Assembly (NCBI GenBank): GCA_964016885.1
Contig: OZ024755.1
Span: 42,098,001-42,162,000 of the forward strand
Reading direction: 5' to 3'
DNA: 64,000 nucleotides
Source: Eledone cirrhosa
Lineage: Eukaryota
Position 1 is the stretch's first letter; every line of letters begins with the position of its first letter. Of the stretch, positions 1 through 13,100 are shown piece after piece. The position numbers were made by a program, and so were the translations under genes. A model generated the notes under the pieces. The model worked only from the letters and a program-made list of their open reading frames with translations. It was not told where the DNA came from and did not search any database.

Positions 1-1832
1 TTTTGACGACGGCAGATGAAACTTATGGTAAGGCAGGGTAGGTGTAAATGTTTTGACGACGACAGATGAAACTTATGGTAAGGCGGTGTAAATGTTTTGA
101 CGACGGCAGATGAAACTTATGGTAAGGCAGGGTAGGTGTAAATGTTTTGACGACGACAGATGAAACTTATGGTAAGGCGGTGTAAATGTTTTGACGACGG
201 CAGATGAAACTTATGGTAAGGCGGTGTAAATGTTTTGACGACGGTAGATGAAACTTATGGTAAGGCAGGGGAGGTGTAAATGTTTTGACGACGACAGATG
301 AAACTTATGGTAAGGCGGTGTAAATGTTTTGACGACGACAGATGAAACTTATGGTAAGGCGGTGTAAATGTTTTGACGACGGTAGATGAAACTTATGGTA
401 AGGCAGGGTAGGTGTAAATGTTTTGACGACGGCAGATGAAACTTATGGTAAGGCGGCGTAAATGTTTTGACGAGCGCAGATGAAACTTATGGTAAGGCAG
501 GGTAGGTGTAAATGTTTTGACGACGGCAGATGAAACTTATGGTAAGACGGTGTAAATGTTTTGACGACGGTAGATGAAACTTATGGTAAGGCAGGGTAGG
601 TGTAAATGTTTTGACGATGGCAGATGAAACTTGTGGTAAGGCAGGGTAGGTGTAAATGTTTTGACGACGACAGATGAAACTTATGGTAAGGCAGGGTATG
701 TGTAAATGTTTTGACGACGGCAGATGAAACTTATGGTAAGGCAGGGTAGGTGTAAATGTTTTGACGACGACAGATGAAACTTATGGTAAGGCAGGGTATG
801 TGTAAATGTTTTGACGACGGCAGATGAAACTTATGGTAAGGCAGGGTAGGTGTAAATGTTTTGACGACGGCAGATGAAACTTATGGTAAGGCAGGGTAGG
901 TGTAAATGTTTTGACGACGGCAGATGAAACTTATGGTAAGGCGGTGTAAATGTTTTGATGACGGTAGATGAAACTCATGGTAAGGCAGGGTAGGTGTAAA
1001 TGTTTTGACGACGGCAGATGAAACTTATGGTAAGGCGGTGTAAATGTTTTGACGACGGCAGATGAAACTTATGGTAAGGCAGGGTAGGTGTAAATGTTTT
1101 GACGACGGCAGATGAAACTTATGGTAAGGCAGGGTAGCTGTAAATGTTTTGACGACGACAGATGAAACTTATGGTAAGGCAGGGTAGGTGTAAATGTTTT
1201 GACGACGGCAGATGAAACTTATGGTAAGGCAGGGTAGGTGTAAATGTTTTGACGACGGCAGATGAAACTTATGGTAAGGCGGTGTAAATGTTTTGACGAC
1301 GGTAGATGAAACTTATGGTAAGGCGGTGTAAATGTTTTGATGACGGTAGATGAAACTTATGGTAAGGCAGGGTAGGTGTAAATGTTTTGACGACGGCAGA
1401 TGAAACTTATGGTAAGGCGGTGTAAATGTTTTGACGACGGTAGATGAAACTTATGGTAAGGCGGTGTAAATGTTTTGATGACGGTAGATGAAACTTATGG
1501 TAAGGCGGTGTAAATGTTTTGACGACGACAGATGAAACTTATGGTAAGGCGGTGTAAATGTTAAGACGACGACAGATGAAACTTATGGTAAGGCGGTGTA
1601 AATGTTTTGACGACGGCAGATGAAACTTATGGTAAGGCGGTGTAAATGTTTTGACGACGGCAGATGAAACTTATGGTAAGGCGGTGTATATGTTTTGACG
1701 ACGGTAGACGAAACTTATGGTAAGGCGGTGTAAATGTTTTGACGACGGCAGATGAAACTTATGGTAAGGCAGGGTAGGTGTAAATGTTTTGACGACGGCA
1801 GATGAAACTTATGGTAAGGCGGTGTACATGTT
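1..1832. repeat. Minisatellite array with 33-bp and 40-bp unit variants, truncated by window start
   Basis: Tandem GTGTAAATGTTTTGACGACGGCAGATGAAACTTATGGTAAGGC with or without a 7-nt AGGGTAG-type segment; units nearly identical. Confidence 0.97.
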
Positions 1833-2549
1833 AATGCTTTAAACATGATTCTCTCCTCTAAAAATTAGGTTAATAGTTCAAACAATTAGAAACCTATTTA
1901 CTCCGACTCATCTCTCACGTTTATAGATTTCTGCAATGTTGTTTTTAAATTTCCAAGAACGCCTCACAATGTTAATGTTGTTGTAAAGACTGGACTAGAA
2001 ATGTGGGATTGGAATGTTGATCAGAGGAGACGTAATCAGTGTAAATATGGTATGTGTCATGGGATTCACTTGAGGGGGCGAGGGGCGCATGTTATGGTTA
2101 TCTCAAAGATGAGTGTCAGATGTTTAGACAGGGGGTGCAATATCACTACTTGCCATAGGTGCATTTTCTCCCTAGTTACGCCTCTGGTCAGGGGAACATA
2201 AAATCAAGATTCAGCGTTAAAAATTAACGTCTGATTTTCCATCCTCGGAGAGTTAGACAATGGCTGGTGCTCATCCTGGCTTCTTGTCATGGGCATTAGG
2301 CTACTGTATAAGGCTAACCCCGGACTGGGTGCCAGTCATTCTCAGAGGTCACCACCAGCTATTGTTGGTATTCATTCTCTGCTGAGTGAACTAGAGCAGC
2401 CTCAAATAATGTGTTTTGCGCCACCCAGTCTCGGAATGAAATATTCCACCTTAAACACTCTAACCACTAAGCCACACTCCTTCACTCATAAAAAAACATC
2501 AAAATATATACAAATATATGTTGCTGTTTATCTGTGTGGTATGTTGGAA

Positions 2550-2822
2550 CTCAGTCGGTTCCGACGATGAGTTCTCCAGTTAATTCTGTCATTGGAACAA
2601 CCTGTGATATTAACCTGCAAGTGTCTCAGCATTCCACAGACCTTAACGTAATTTGCAAGGATAACGTGACAGAGTGTGTGACAGAACTGATCTTTTGAAT
2701 TACAGGTACAACTAATGTTTTCAGCTGACTAAGCTGGAACAATATGAAATAAAGTGTCTTGTTCAAGAACAACATGCACCACCATCGAGGGTCGAACAAC
2801 CTAACCACTAAGCCACGCGTCT
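2550..2822 (-). mobile_element. CORE-type tRNA-derived SINE, degenerate
   Basis: TGAAATAAAGTGTCTTGTTCAAGAACAAC is the reverse complement of the GTCCTTGAGCAAGACACTTTATTTCA core seen at 30750, 34260 and 48600. Confidence 0.7.
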
Positions 2823-3137
2823 TCTCTATTTAACTGAAGGTTAACCCGGATTAAAGTGGAATACTCAGCCATCTAATGAAATTTCACAAGTAGGCTGTTC
2901 TATTGATCGAAACTCGAACGCTCATCGTCTAAACCGGACCGGGTTCAGTATGAATCCGGTGACATCATCAGGTATTCGAAATTTAACAAACGAATATAAT
3001 AGACACAATCCATGGGACTGAAAAGGCCGAGAGACGAGAGAGCGGCCAAACATCTAGCAGTTTCCAGTCCAGTTGGCCACCCTCAAGGTTGACTATACGG
3101 AATAACCAGTTCTATCCAGTGGTGAACCAACAAACCG

Positions 3138-3363
<226 letters not shown>

Positions 3364-3685
3364 ATATATATGTGTGTGTGTGTAACATATATTATGAAAT
3401 ACTGTTGGCTTCACGCTTACAATAATTTCTTCTTTCATATATATATATATATTTATTTACATATGTTACTCACCGATGAGGTCACAGAATGTGTGATGAA
3501 AGAGCTTTGACAATAAACAAATAAACAACCATCCGGATATTAAACTAACAAACAGGAAGTTTATAATAAATTGAAGTGAAAAGCCAACAGGTGTGTGCGT
3601 GGGTTTTTATTATTTCATCGCCAGGAGGCTCTAAGACGGAGATAGTAAAACTATTACTTATAATTTGTCAATGGTTATTAATGAT

Positions 3686-4060
3686 CTTCTTCTTCTTTTT
3701 CTTCTTCTTCTTCTTCCTGAGAGGGTCGTGGGGGAAGAGTCTTCAAACAGCCCCTTCCAGCAGGTCATGTCTGAAGTAGCCATCTCCAACTGATCCGCAT
3801 GGATCCCCAAGCAAGACCAGCCAAGCTCATGGATGTTATCCAACCATTTTTCTCGGGGTCTACCCCTGGGTCTCCTACCACATGTCCATAGAATCAGAGC
3901 TGTGATCTCTCAATTCGGAGAAGTAGTGGCTCAACCTAGAGTGACTCTCTTATCTCTGAGCTGCACTCTATCGAGTAACGTTACTCCAACGACTCTTCGG
4001 AGGAACCCCATTTCGGCCGCTTGTATTCTTTCTGTCATTATCCAAAATTCATGACATAGG
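3686..4060 (-). mobile_element. RTE-clade LINE 3' fragment with (GAA)n tail
   Basis: Minus strand reads FWIMTERIQAAEMGFLRRVVGVTLLDRV and then RRPQGRPREKWLDNIHELGWS; same 3' sequence as 33600-33700; (TTC)n on + is the tail. Confidence 0.85.
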
Positions 4061-4169
4061 TTTCAGCTCACCTCATTCTGTGTTCAAATCCAGCCAACCT
4101 CAACTTTTATTTTTATCCTTTCAACGTCAAATACTGGAGTAGATTATTTCTTTTTCTATTATAGTCAGT

Positions 4170-4375
4170 TGCGTCAGAGTGGTTGAGCGTCGGACAACAT
4201 CCTTTGTGGCATATAGTTACGTCCCTTTATGTTCTGAGTTCAAATCGTGCCGAGGTTAGCTTTGCCTTTCCTCCTTACGGGGACGATAAAATAAAGTATC
4301 AGTAATGCACTGGGGGTGATTTAATCGACTCCCCCACCCCTAAAAAACAAATACTGACCTGTCTAAATCAGAAAC
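4170..4375 (+). mobile_element. tRNA-derived SINE (Meta-domain-like family)
   Basis: TTCTGAGTTCAAATC B-box-like motif followed by GCCTTTCCTCCTTACGGGGACGATAAAATAAAGTA, shared with many copies in the window. Confidence 0.8.
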
Positions 4376-4619
4376 CCTTATAATCAGTTGCGCTGGGACA
4401 TACACATTTAAAATGTTCTCAATGCTTTTTTAAGTCAACCGCTTACAGGCTTGTGTGTCTATGGACCCGTAACTCTATAGGGGCACCGTAGTGACATACG
4501 GGGTTTCTTGGGCATTTTAAACCTGGCAGAGCCCGTCCGTTTCCAGATTTGAAAGCAGCAGATTTCTTCCAAAGAAGGTGACATTGTGATAGAGAGGAAG
4601 TGAAAAGAGATATGGAGGA

Positions 4620-4760
4620 AGAATCAATCCAGTATTAGACTGGTACTTTTTTTATCGACCTAGAAAGGATAAAAGGCAAAGTTGACCGCGATAGAATTTG
4701 AACTCAGAGTGGAGAGAAGTAGAATGGGTTCGACAAGGCATTCTATCCGATGTTATAATG
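4620..4760 (-). mobile_element. Same SINE family, older copy
   Basis: CTGGTACTTTTTTTATCGACC...AAAGGCAAAGTTGAC...ATTTGAACTCAGA. Confidence 0.7.
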
Positions 4761-5208
4761 AGTTTTCAAATAAGTAGGAAATTAGCGCGGAGATTAACGC
4801 ACTTTCCCAGCATCCGAAAGATGCAGGATTCCACAGAATGAGGTTGATAAAATCAGCAACAGACATGAAAATAATAAATACTTGGTTTGATATAATCGAC
4901 AAAATCCTCTCAAGGTGGTATCCCAGCATGGTCGCCGTCTAATCAATGAAACCAATAAAAGAGATTCTCCAGTGGACAGAAAAATTGGCTCAATCCAACC
5001 TATTTGGAATCTCGACTAATCTCATCAAATTTAACGTCCTATTTCTGTAAATCTAAATTTCTGTAAATCTAAATCACTGTAAATCTGCAGATCTGCTAAT
5101 ATGCAGATCTGACTGACTGGCCAGTCTGCTGATATGCAAATCAGGCCGATCAGTCACTGTATATTTTAGAAAATAGCATATATTTTACTAGCTCTGAAGG
5201 TTTGGCAG

Positions 5209-5273
5209 GTGAACAGTGAGCTGTACTGATGAAGGGTGATACCCAGAAACATTAGTGTCTGCAGTTCTGTTAC
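5209..5273 (+). ncRNA. Type I hammerhead ribozyme motif
   Basis: Stem I GAGCTGTA/TGCAGTTC (alternative extended register AACAG/CTGTT), core CTGATGA 5226-5232, stem II GGGT-gat-ACCC closed by an A.A mismatch, GAAA 5246-5249, stem III CA-ttag-TG, GUC site ending at 5259. Confidence 0.8.
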
Positions 5274-5469
5274 ATGCCAACACAAGAGCAAGAATGAAGG
5301 GTTCATTATACTGACATGGCTCTAAAAATGAGGCTTGTTTGCATAATTGCAAACGAATCGAATGTTATTATTAATATTCGAAAAACTCAGATTACATCTG
5401 AATCTCTGTAAATCTAAATTTCTGTAAATCTAAATTTCTGTAAATAAAGATTTCTGTAAATCTAAAGTA

Positions 5470-5722
5470 GTGAGCCAACTTAGTATATTTAGTGAAATAT
5501 ATATCAGCAGTGGTATAGCTTGTTGGTTCAGGTGTTCTGCACCCAATCGTAAGGTTATATATCCCAGGGTGACAATACACTTTATTTCACGTTGCTCCGT
5601 AATTCCGTAATTCATACAACCCTGTCACACATTGTCTCCGCTGAATCTCCCTGAGAATTACGTAATTGCAGAATCATGTAATTGCAGAATGCTCAGCCAC
5701 TCACACGTTAATTTGATCAAAT
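5470..5722 (+). mobile_element. CORE-type SINE, degenerate
   Basis: ACACTTTATTTCACGTTGCTCC...TGTCACAC...CTGAATCTCCCTGAGAATTACG...CTCAGCCAC mirrors 2550-2822. Confidence 0.6.
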
Positions 5723-6110
5723 GGCTCATCCAGTACATCTCCCTTACCATCCTCCGGGAAAACGCCTTCTCCATTCTATTCGCCGGGGAGATGGGGAGGG
5801 CGAGAGAGATGTAGATGACGGTGGGAGTTTGGCTCTTCCGTGTCTGGACACATTGCACCTGTCAAGAGTGTAGTTTCATATTTACACATCTTCCTGTTTA
5901 TTGTCATTAGACAAAACTTGAGGTGTCATTCGTTGGTCATCAAACTAGTTTGTTTCGTGTCAAAATTGTTATGGTACACTGAACGTCAAAACTGTCTGAT
6001 GAACAACACACACAAATACAGAGATTGCTCCACGTTGTACCTGTAATACAATGGGGTGACCTGGTAACATACTGTGTCATGCTGTCATTGATCAAACAGC
6101 TGGAGGGTCA

Positions 6111-6164
<54 letters not shown>

Positions 6165-6344
6165 TTTAGAAGCAAATATACACACATTTCAGAAGCACAC
6201 GCAGACTTCAGAAGCGCTCATACACACACACAGACACATATACTAACACATGCACATACCTACACACGCACACACACAGACACACGCACACACGCACACA
6301 GACACATCAACACTGCCACACTTTAGAAGTGGGTATTGTACGTA

Positions 6345-6537
6345 ATAATTGTTTCTACTTTTGGCACAAGGCCAGCAATTATCCCAGTGTATTACTGGTA
6401 CTTTATTTTATTGACCCCGTAAGGATGAAAGGCAAAGTTAACCTCGGCGGGATTTGAACTCTGAATGGCAAGGGCCGTAACTCTATGCGTCAAAGCAGGC
6501 GTCCCACCCTCTACTGATACTGCCAATCCACCGCCTA
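6345..6537 (-). mobile_element. Full-length tRNA-derived SINE
   Basis: Reverse complement of 34800-34995: A-box-like TGGCAGTATC, B-box-like GAGTTCAAATCC, end GTAGAAACAATTA. Confidence 0.9.
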
Positions 6538-6902
6538 TTCTACGTAATAATGGTAAATTGTTTCCTCAATGTCTATTCTTAGATCTGGTTAACTCTCCTG
6601 AATGGCGGAAGTGCTCAACCACTTTGCTTCTTGTTTCTAAATTTGGAACGAACTTTAAATATCATTAGAGAGCAATATTTATAATTGTTTTTGTTGCTAA
6701 TTTTTTCCTTGATAATAAAATGGACTAAGTGTAAAATTATTTTACACAGTAAACAATCAAATGAAATTAAGTATTACTTATGATAACAGTAATAATTTAC
6801 CACACATTTCGTTAGCCTTATTATCATATAATTGGTTTAACTATTCTTTAAAAAAAAAGGTTTTAGCTTGAAAACGTTCGCTTTGGTTTCTTTTTATATA
6901 AA

Positions 6903-7035
6903 TAATTGTTTCTACATTTGGGGCAAGGCTAGCAATTACTCCAGTACATTACTGGTACTTTATTTTATCGACCCCGTAAGGATGAAAGGCAAAGTTAACC
7001 TCGGCGGAATTTGAACTCAGAACGTAAAGAGGCAT
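6903..7035 (-). mobile_element. SINE, 5'-truncated copy
   Basis: Near-identical to 6345-6470. Confidence 0.85.
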
Positions 7036-7169
7036 GACTCTGTTTTGCAAATTTATTGAAATAAATTCTTAAATAAATGTTTAAATAAATTTTAAAATCT
7101 TTATTAAAGATAAAAATAAACACAATACCGGGGGTTATTTGCTTGTCAAGGGAGGTAAGCGACTAATAC

Positions 7170-10100
7170 TGGTGTGTTGGAGAGGGCAGCAGTGTGTTGG
7201 AGAGGGCAGCAGTTTTGTTGGAGAGGGTAGCAGAGTGTTGGAGAGGGCAGCAGTTGTGTTGGAAAGGGCAGCAGTTGTGTTGGAAAGGGCAGCAGTTGTG
7301 TTGGAAAGGGCAGCAGTTGTGTTGGAGACGGCGGCAGTGTGTTGGAGAGTGCAGCACTGTGTTGGAGAGGGCAGCAATGTATTGCAGAGGGTAGCAGTGT
7401 GTTGGAGAGGGCAGCAGTTATGTTGGAGAGGGCAGCAGTGTATTGGAGAAGTCAGTAGTGTGTTGGGGATTGCAGTAGTGTGTTGGAGAGGGCAGCAGTG
7501 TGTTGGAGAGAGCGGTAGTGTGTTGGAGAAGGCAGAAGTGTGTTGGAGAAGGCAGAAGTGTGTTGGAGAGGGCAGTAGTGTTTTGGAGAAGGCAGCAGAG
7601 TGTTGGAGAGGGCAGTAGTGTTTTGGAGAGGGCAGCAGTTGTGTTGGAGAGGGTAGCAGAGTGTTGGAGAGGGCAGCAGTGTGTTGGAGTAGCGCAGCAG
7701 TGTGTTGGAGAGGGTAGCAGTGTGTTCGATAGGGCAGCAGTTGTGTTGGAGAGGGCAGCAGTGTGTTGGAGAAGGCAGCACTGTGTTGGCGAGGGCAGCA
7801 GTGTGTTGGAGAGGGCAGTAGTGTGTTGGAGAGGGTAGTAGTGTGTTGGAGAGGCCAGCAGTATGTTGGAGAGGTCAGTAGTGTTTTGGAGAAGGCAGTA
7901 GTGTGTTAGAGAGGGCAGTAGTGTGTTGGAGAGGGCAGTAGTGTATTGGAAAGGGCAGCAGTGTGTTGGAGAGGTCAGTAGTGTTTTAGAGAGGGCAGTA
8001 GTGTGTTGGAGAGGACAGCAGTCTGGTGGAGAGGGCAGCAGTGTGTTGTAGAGGGGAGTAGTGTGTTGGAGATGGCAGTAGTGTTTGGGAGAGAGTAGCA
8101 GAGTGTTGGAGAGCGCAGCAGTGTGTTGGAGAGGGTAGCAGTGTGTTGGAGAGGGCAGCAGTTTTGTTGGAGAGGGCAACAGTGTGTCGGCGAGGGCAGT
8201 AGTGTGTTAGAGAGGGCAGTAGTGTGTTAGAGAGGGCAGCAGTGTGTTGGAGAGGTCAGTAGTGTGTTCCACAGGGAATTCTGGTGTGTTGGAGATGGCA
8301 GCAGTGTGTTGAAGAGGGACAATGTGTTGGAGAGGGCAGCAGTGTGTTGGAGAGGGAAGTATTGTTTTGGAGAAAACAGCAATGTGTTGGGTAGGCAAGC
8401 AGTGTGTTGGAGAGGGAAGCAGTGTGTTGGAGAGGGCAGCAGTTATGTTGGAGAGGGCAGTAGTGTGTTGGAGAGGGAATTCTGGTGTGTTGGAGAGGAC
8501 AGCAGTGTATTGGAGAGGGTAGCAATGTGTTGGAGAGGGCAACAGTGTGTTAGAGAAGGCAGTAGTGTGTTGGAGAGGGCAGTAGTGTTTTGGAGATGGC
8601 AGCAGTTGTGTTGGAGAGGGTAGCAGAGTATTGTAGAGGGCAGCAGTGTGTTGGAGAGGCGCAGCAGTGTGTTGGAGAGGGTAGCAGTGTGTTGGAGAGG
8701 GCAGCACTGTGTTGGCGAGGGCAGCAGTATGTTGGAGAGGGCAGTAGTGTGTTGGAGAGGGCAGTAGTGTGTTGGAGAGGGCAGTAGAGTGTTGGAGAGG
8801 CGCAGCAGTGTGTTGGAGAGGGCAGCAGTTGTGTTGGGGGGGGGGGGGAAGCAGTGTGTTGGAGAGAGCAGCACTGTGTTGGCGAGGGCAGCAGTGTGTT
8901 GGCGAGGTCAGTAATGTGTTAGAGAGGGGAGTAGTGTGTGGAGAGGGGATTAGTGTGTTGGAGAGGTCAGTAGTGTGTTGGAGAGGGCAGTATTGTTGGA
9001 GAGGTCAGTAGTGTGTTGGAGAATGGAGTACTGGTGTGTTGGAGAGGTCAGTAGTGTGTTGGCGAGGGCAGTATTGTGTTGGAGAGGGCAGCAGTGTGTT
9101 GGAGAGGTCAGTAGTGTGTTGGCGAAGGCAGTAGTGTGTTGGAGAGGGCAGCAATGTGTTGGAGAGGTCAGTAGTGTGTTGAAGAGGGCAGCATTGTGTT
9201 GGAGAGGGTAGCAGTGCGTTGGAGAGGGAATACTGGTGTGTTGGAGAGGGCAGCAGTGTTTTGGAGAGAGTAGTAGTGTGTTTGAGAGGGTAGCAGAGTG
9301 TTGGAGAGGGCAGCGGTTGTGTTGGAGAGGGCAGCAGTTTGTTGGAGAGGGCAGCAGTGTATTGTAGAGGGCAGCAGTTGTATTAGAGAGGACAGCAATA
9401 TGTTGGAGAGGGCTCCAGTGCGGTGGAGAGGGCAGTAGTGTCTTGGAGAGGGTAGCAGTGTGTTGGAGAGGGTAGCAGTGTGTTGGAGAGGGCAGTAGTG
9501 TGTTGCGGATGGCAGCAGTGTGTTGGAGAGCGCAGCAGTGTGTTGGAGAGCGCAGTAGTGTGTTGGAGAAGGCAGCAATGTGTTGGAGAGGGCAGCAGTG
9601 TGTTGGCGAGGGCAGTAGTTTGTTGGAGAGGGTAGCAGTGTGTTGGAGAGGGTAGCAGTGTGTTGGAGAGGGCGGCAGTGGGTTCGAGAGGGCAGTAGTG
9701 TGTTCGAGAGTGTAACAGTGTGTTGGATACGGCAGTAGTGTGTTGGAGAAGGCAGTAGTGTGTTGGAGAAGGCAGTAATGTGTTGGAGAGGGGAGCAGTG
9801 TGTTGGAGAGGGAAGTAATGTGATGGAGAGGGCAACAGTGTGTTGGAGAGGGTAGCAGAGTCGTGGAGAGGGCAGCAGTTGTGTTAGAGAGGGTAGCAGT
9901 TGTGTTAGAGAGGGCAGCAGTGTGTTGTAGAGGGGAGTAGTGTGTTGGAGAGGGTAGCAGTGTGTTGGAGAGGGCAGCAGTGTGTTGGAGAGTGGAGTAG
10001 TGTGTTGGAGAGGGCAGCAGTGTGTTGGAGAGGCGCAGCAGTGTGTTGGAGAGGCGCAGCAGTGTGTTGGAGAGGGTAGCAGTGTGTTGGAGAGGGCAGC

Positions 10101-13100
10101 AGTTGTGTTGGAGATGGCAACAGTGCGTCGGCGAGGGCAGTAGTGTGTTAGAGAGGGCAGCAGTGTGTTGGAGAGGTCAGTAGTGTGTTCCAGAGGGAAT
10201 TCTGGTGGGTTGGAGAGGGCAGCAGTGTGTTGAAGAGGGACAATGTGTTGGAGAGGGCAGCAGTGTGTTGAAGAGGGACAATGTGTTGGAGAGGGCAGCA
10301 GTGTGTTAGAGAGGGAAGTATTGTTTTGGAGAAAACAGCAATGTGTTGGGGAGGGTAGCGGTGTGTTGGAGAGGGAAGCAGTGTGTTGGAGAGGGCAGTA
10401 GTATGTTGGAGAGGGAATTCTGGTGTGTTGGAGAGGGCAGCAGTGTATTGGAGAGGGCAGTAGTGTGTCGGAGAGGGCAGCTGTGTGTTGGATAGGGCGG
10501 TTATGTGTTGGAGTAGGCAGCAGTGTGTTGGAGAGGGCAGTAGTGTTTTGGAGAGGGCAGCAGTTGTGTTGGAGAGGGCAGCAGTGTGTTGGAGAGGCGC
10601 AGCAGTGTGGTGGGAGAGGGTAGTAGTGTGTTGGAGAGAGCAGTAGTGTGTTGGAGAGGGCAGTAGTGTGTTGGAGAGGGGAGTAGTCTGTTGGAGAGGG
10701 GAGTAGTGTGTTGGAGAGGTCAGTAGTGTGTTGGCGAGGTCAGTAATGTGTTGGAGAGGGCTGCAGCTGTGTTGGAGGGGGCAGCAGTGTGTTGGAGAGG
10801 GCAGCACTGTGATGGCGAGGGCAGCAGTGTGTTTGAGAGGGCAGTAGTGTGTTGGAGAGGGCAGTAGAGTGTTGGAGGGGCGCAGCAGTGTGTTGGAGAG
10901 GGCAGCAGTGTGTTGGAGAGGGCAGCACTGTGTTAGCGAGGGCAGCAGTGTGTTGGAGAGGGCAGTAGTATGTTTGAGAGTGCAGTAGAGTGTTGGAGAG
11001 GCGCAGCAGTGTGTTGGAGAGGCGCAGCAGTGTGTTGGAGAGGGCAGCAGTTGTGTTGGAGGGGGCAGCAGTGTGTTGGAGAGGGCAGTACTGTGTTGGC
11101 GAGGGCAGCAGTGTGTTGGAGAGGGCAGTAGTGTGTTGGAGAGGGGAGTAGTGTGTTGGCGAGGTCAGTAGTGTGTTGGAGAGGGCTGCAGTGTGTTGGA
11201 GAGGGGAGTAGTGTGTTGGAGAGGTCAGTAGTGTGTTGGAGAGGGCAGTGTTGTGTTGGAGAGGTCATTAGTGTGTTGGAGAGGGGAGTACTGGTGTGTT
11301 GGAGATGGAATACTAGTGTGTTGGCGAGGGCAGTATTGTGTTGGAGAGAACAGCAGTGTGTTGGAGAGGTCAGTAGTGTGTTGGCGAGGGCAGTAGTGTG
11401 TTGGAGAGGGCTGCAATGTGTTGTAGACGTCAGTAGTGTGTTGGAGACGTCAGTAGTGTGTTGGAGAGGGCAGCAGTTTTTTGGAGAGGGTAACAGTTGT
11501 ATTAGAGAGGGCAGCACTATGTTGGAGAGGGCAGCAGTGCGGTGGTGAGGGCAGTAGTTTCTTGGAGAGGGTAGCTGTGTGTTGGAGAGGGCAGTAGTGT
11601 GTTGCGGAGGGCAGCAGTGTGTCGGAGAGGGCAGTAGTGTGTTGGAGAGGGCAGCAATGTGTTGGAGAGGGCAGCAGTGTGTTGGCGAGGGCAATAGTTT
11701 GTTGGATAGGGTAGCAGTGTGTTGGAGAGGGCAGCAGTGTGTTGGCGAGGGCAGTAGTTTGTTGGAGAGGGTAGCAGTGTTTTGGAGAGGGAAGCAATGG
11801 GTTTGAGAGGGCAGTAGTTTGTTGGAGAGGGTAGCAGTGGGTTTGAGAGGGCAGTAGTGTGTTCGAGAGAGTAACAGTTTGTTGGATACGGCAGTAGTGT
11901 GTTGGAGAAGGCAGTAATGTGTTGGAGAGGGGAGTAGTGTGTTGGAGAGGGAAGTAATGTGTTGGAGAGGGCAACAGTGTGTTGGAGAGGGTAGCAGAGT
12001 CGTGGAGAGGGCACCAGTTGTGTTAGAGAGGGCAGCAGTGTGTTGGAGAGAGCAGCAGTGTGTTGGAGAGGGAATACTGTAGTGTTGGAGAGAACAGCAG
12101 TATTTTGGAGAGGGTAGCAGGATGTTGGAGAGGGCAGTAGTGTTTTGGATAGGGCAGTAGTGTTTTGGAGAGGGCAGCAGGGTGTTGGAGAGGGCATTAG
12201 TGTGTTGGAGAGGGCAGCAGTGTGTTGGACAGGGCAGCAGTGTGTTGGAGAAGCCAAGAGTGTGTTGGAGATGGCAGTAGTGTGTTGGAGACGACAGCAG
12301 TGTATTGGAGAAGGTAGCAGAGTGTTGTAGAGGGCAGCAGTTGTATTAGAGAGGGCAGCAGTGTGTTGGAGAAGGCAATAGTGTGTTGGAGAGGGCAGCA
12401 GTGTGTTGGTGAGGGCAGCAGTGTTTTGGAGAGGGCAGCAGAGTGTTGGAGAGGGCAGTAGTGTTTTGGAGAGGGTAGCAGTTGTGTTGAAGAGGGTAGC
12501 AGTGTGTTGGAGAGGGAAGCAGTGTGTTGGAGAGGGCAGCAGTGTATTGGAGAGTGTAGCAATGTGTTGGAGAGGGCAGCAGTTATGTTGGAGTGGGCAG
12601 CAGTGTGTTGGAGAGGGCAGTAGTGTGTTAGAGATTGCAGTAGTGTGTAGGAGAGAGCAGTAGTGTGTTGGAGAGGACAGCTGTGTGTTGGATAGGGCGG
12701 TAGTGTGTTGGAGAAGGTAGCAGTGTGTTGGAGAGTGCTGTAGTCTTTTGGAGAGGGCAGCAGTTGTGTTGGAGAGGGTAGCGGAGTGTTGGAGAGGGTA
12801 GCCGTGTGTTGGAGAGGCGCAGCAGTGTGTTGTAGAGGGTAGCAGTGTGTACGATAGGGCAGCAGTTGAGTTGGGGAGGGCAGCAGTGTGTTGGAGAGAA
12901 CAGCACTGTGTTGGCGAGGGCAGCAGTGTGTTGGAGAGGGTAGTAGTGTGTTGGAGAGGGTAGTAGTGTGTTAGAGCGGGCAGTAGTGTGTTGGAAAGGG
13001 CAGTAGTGTGTTGGAGAGGTCAGTAGTGTGTTGGAGAGGACAGCAGTGTGGTGGAGAGGGTAGCAGTGTGTTGGAGAGGGTAGCAGTGTATTGGAGAGGA

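Noticed and set aside
1-1832. CRISPR-like array (also considered for 35466-36270, 56622-60821 and 61940-63880)
   Set aside because: No unique spacers between repeats, no cas genes and a eukaryotic context
2020-2190. MITE with CAGAGGCGTAACTAGGG-like terminal inverted repeat
   Set aside because: The right end is suggestive, but the left end is too degenerate and no target-site duplication could be confirmed
3468-3512. CCGATGA-GGTCACA...TGTGAT-GAAA-GAGC-TT possible hammerhead relic
   Set aside because: Core substitution, off-register stem II, 2-nt stem III loop and 3-bp stem I make it too weak to call
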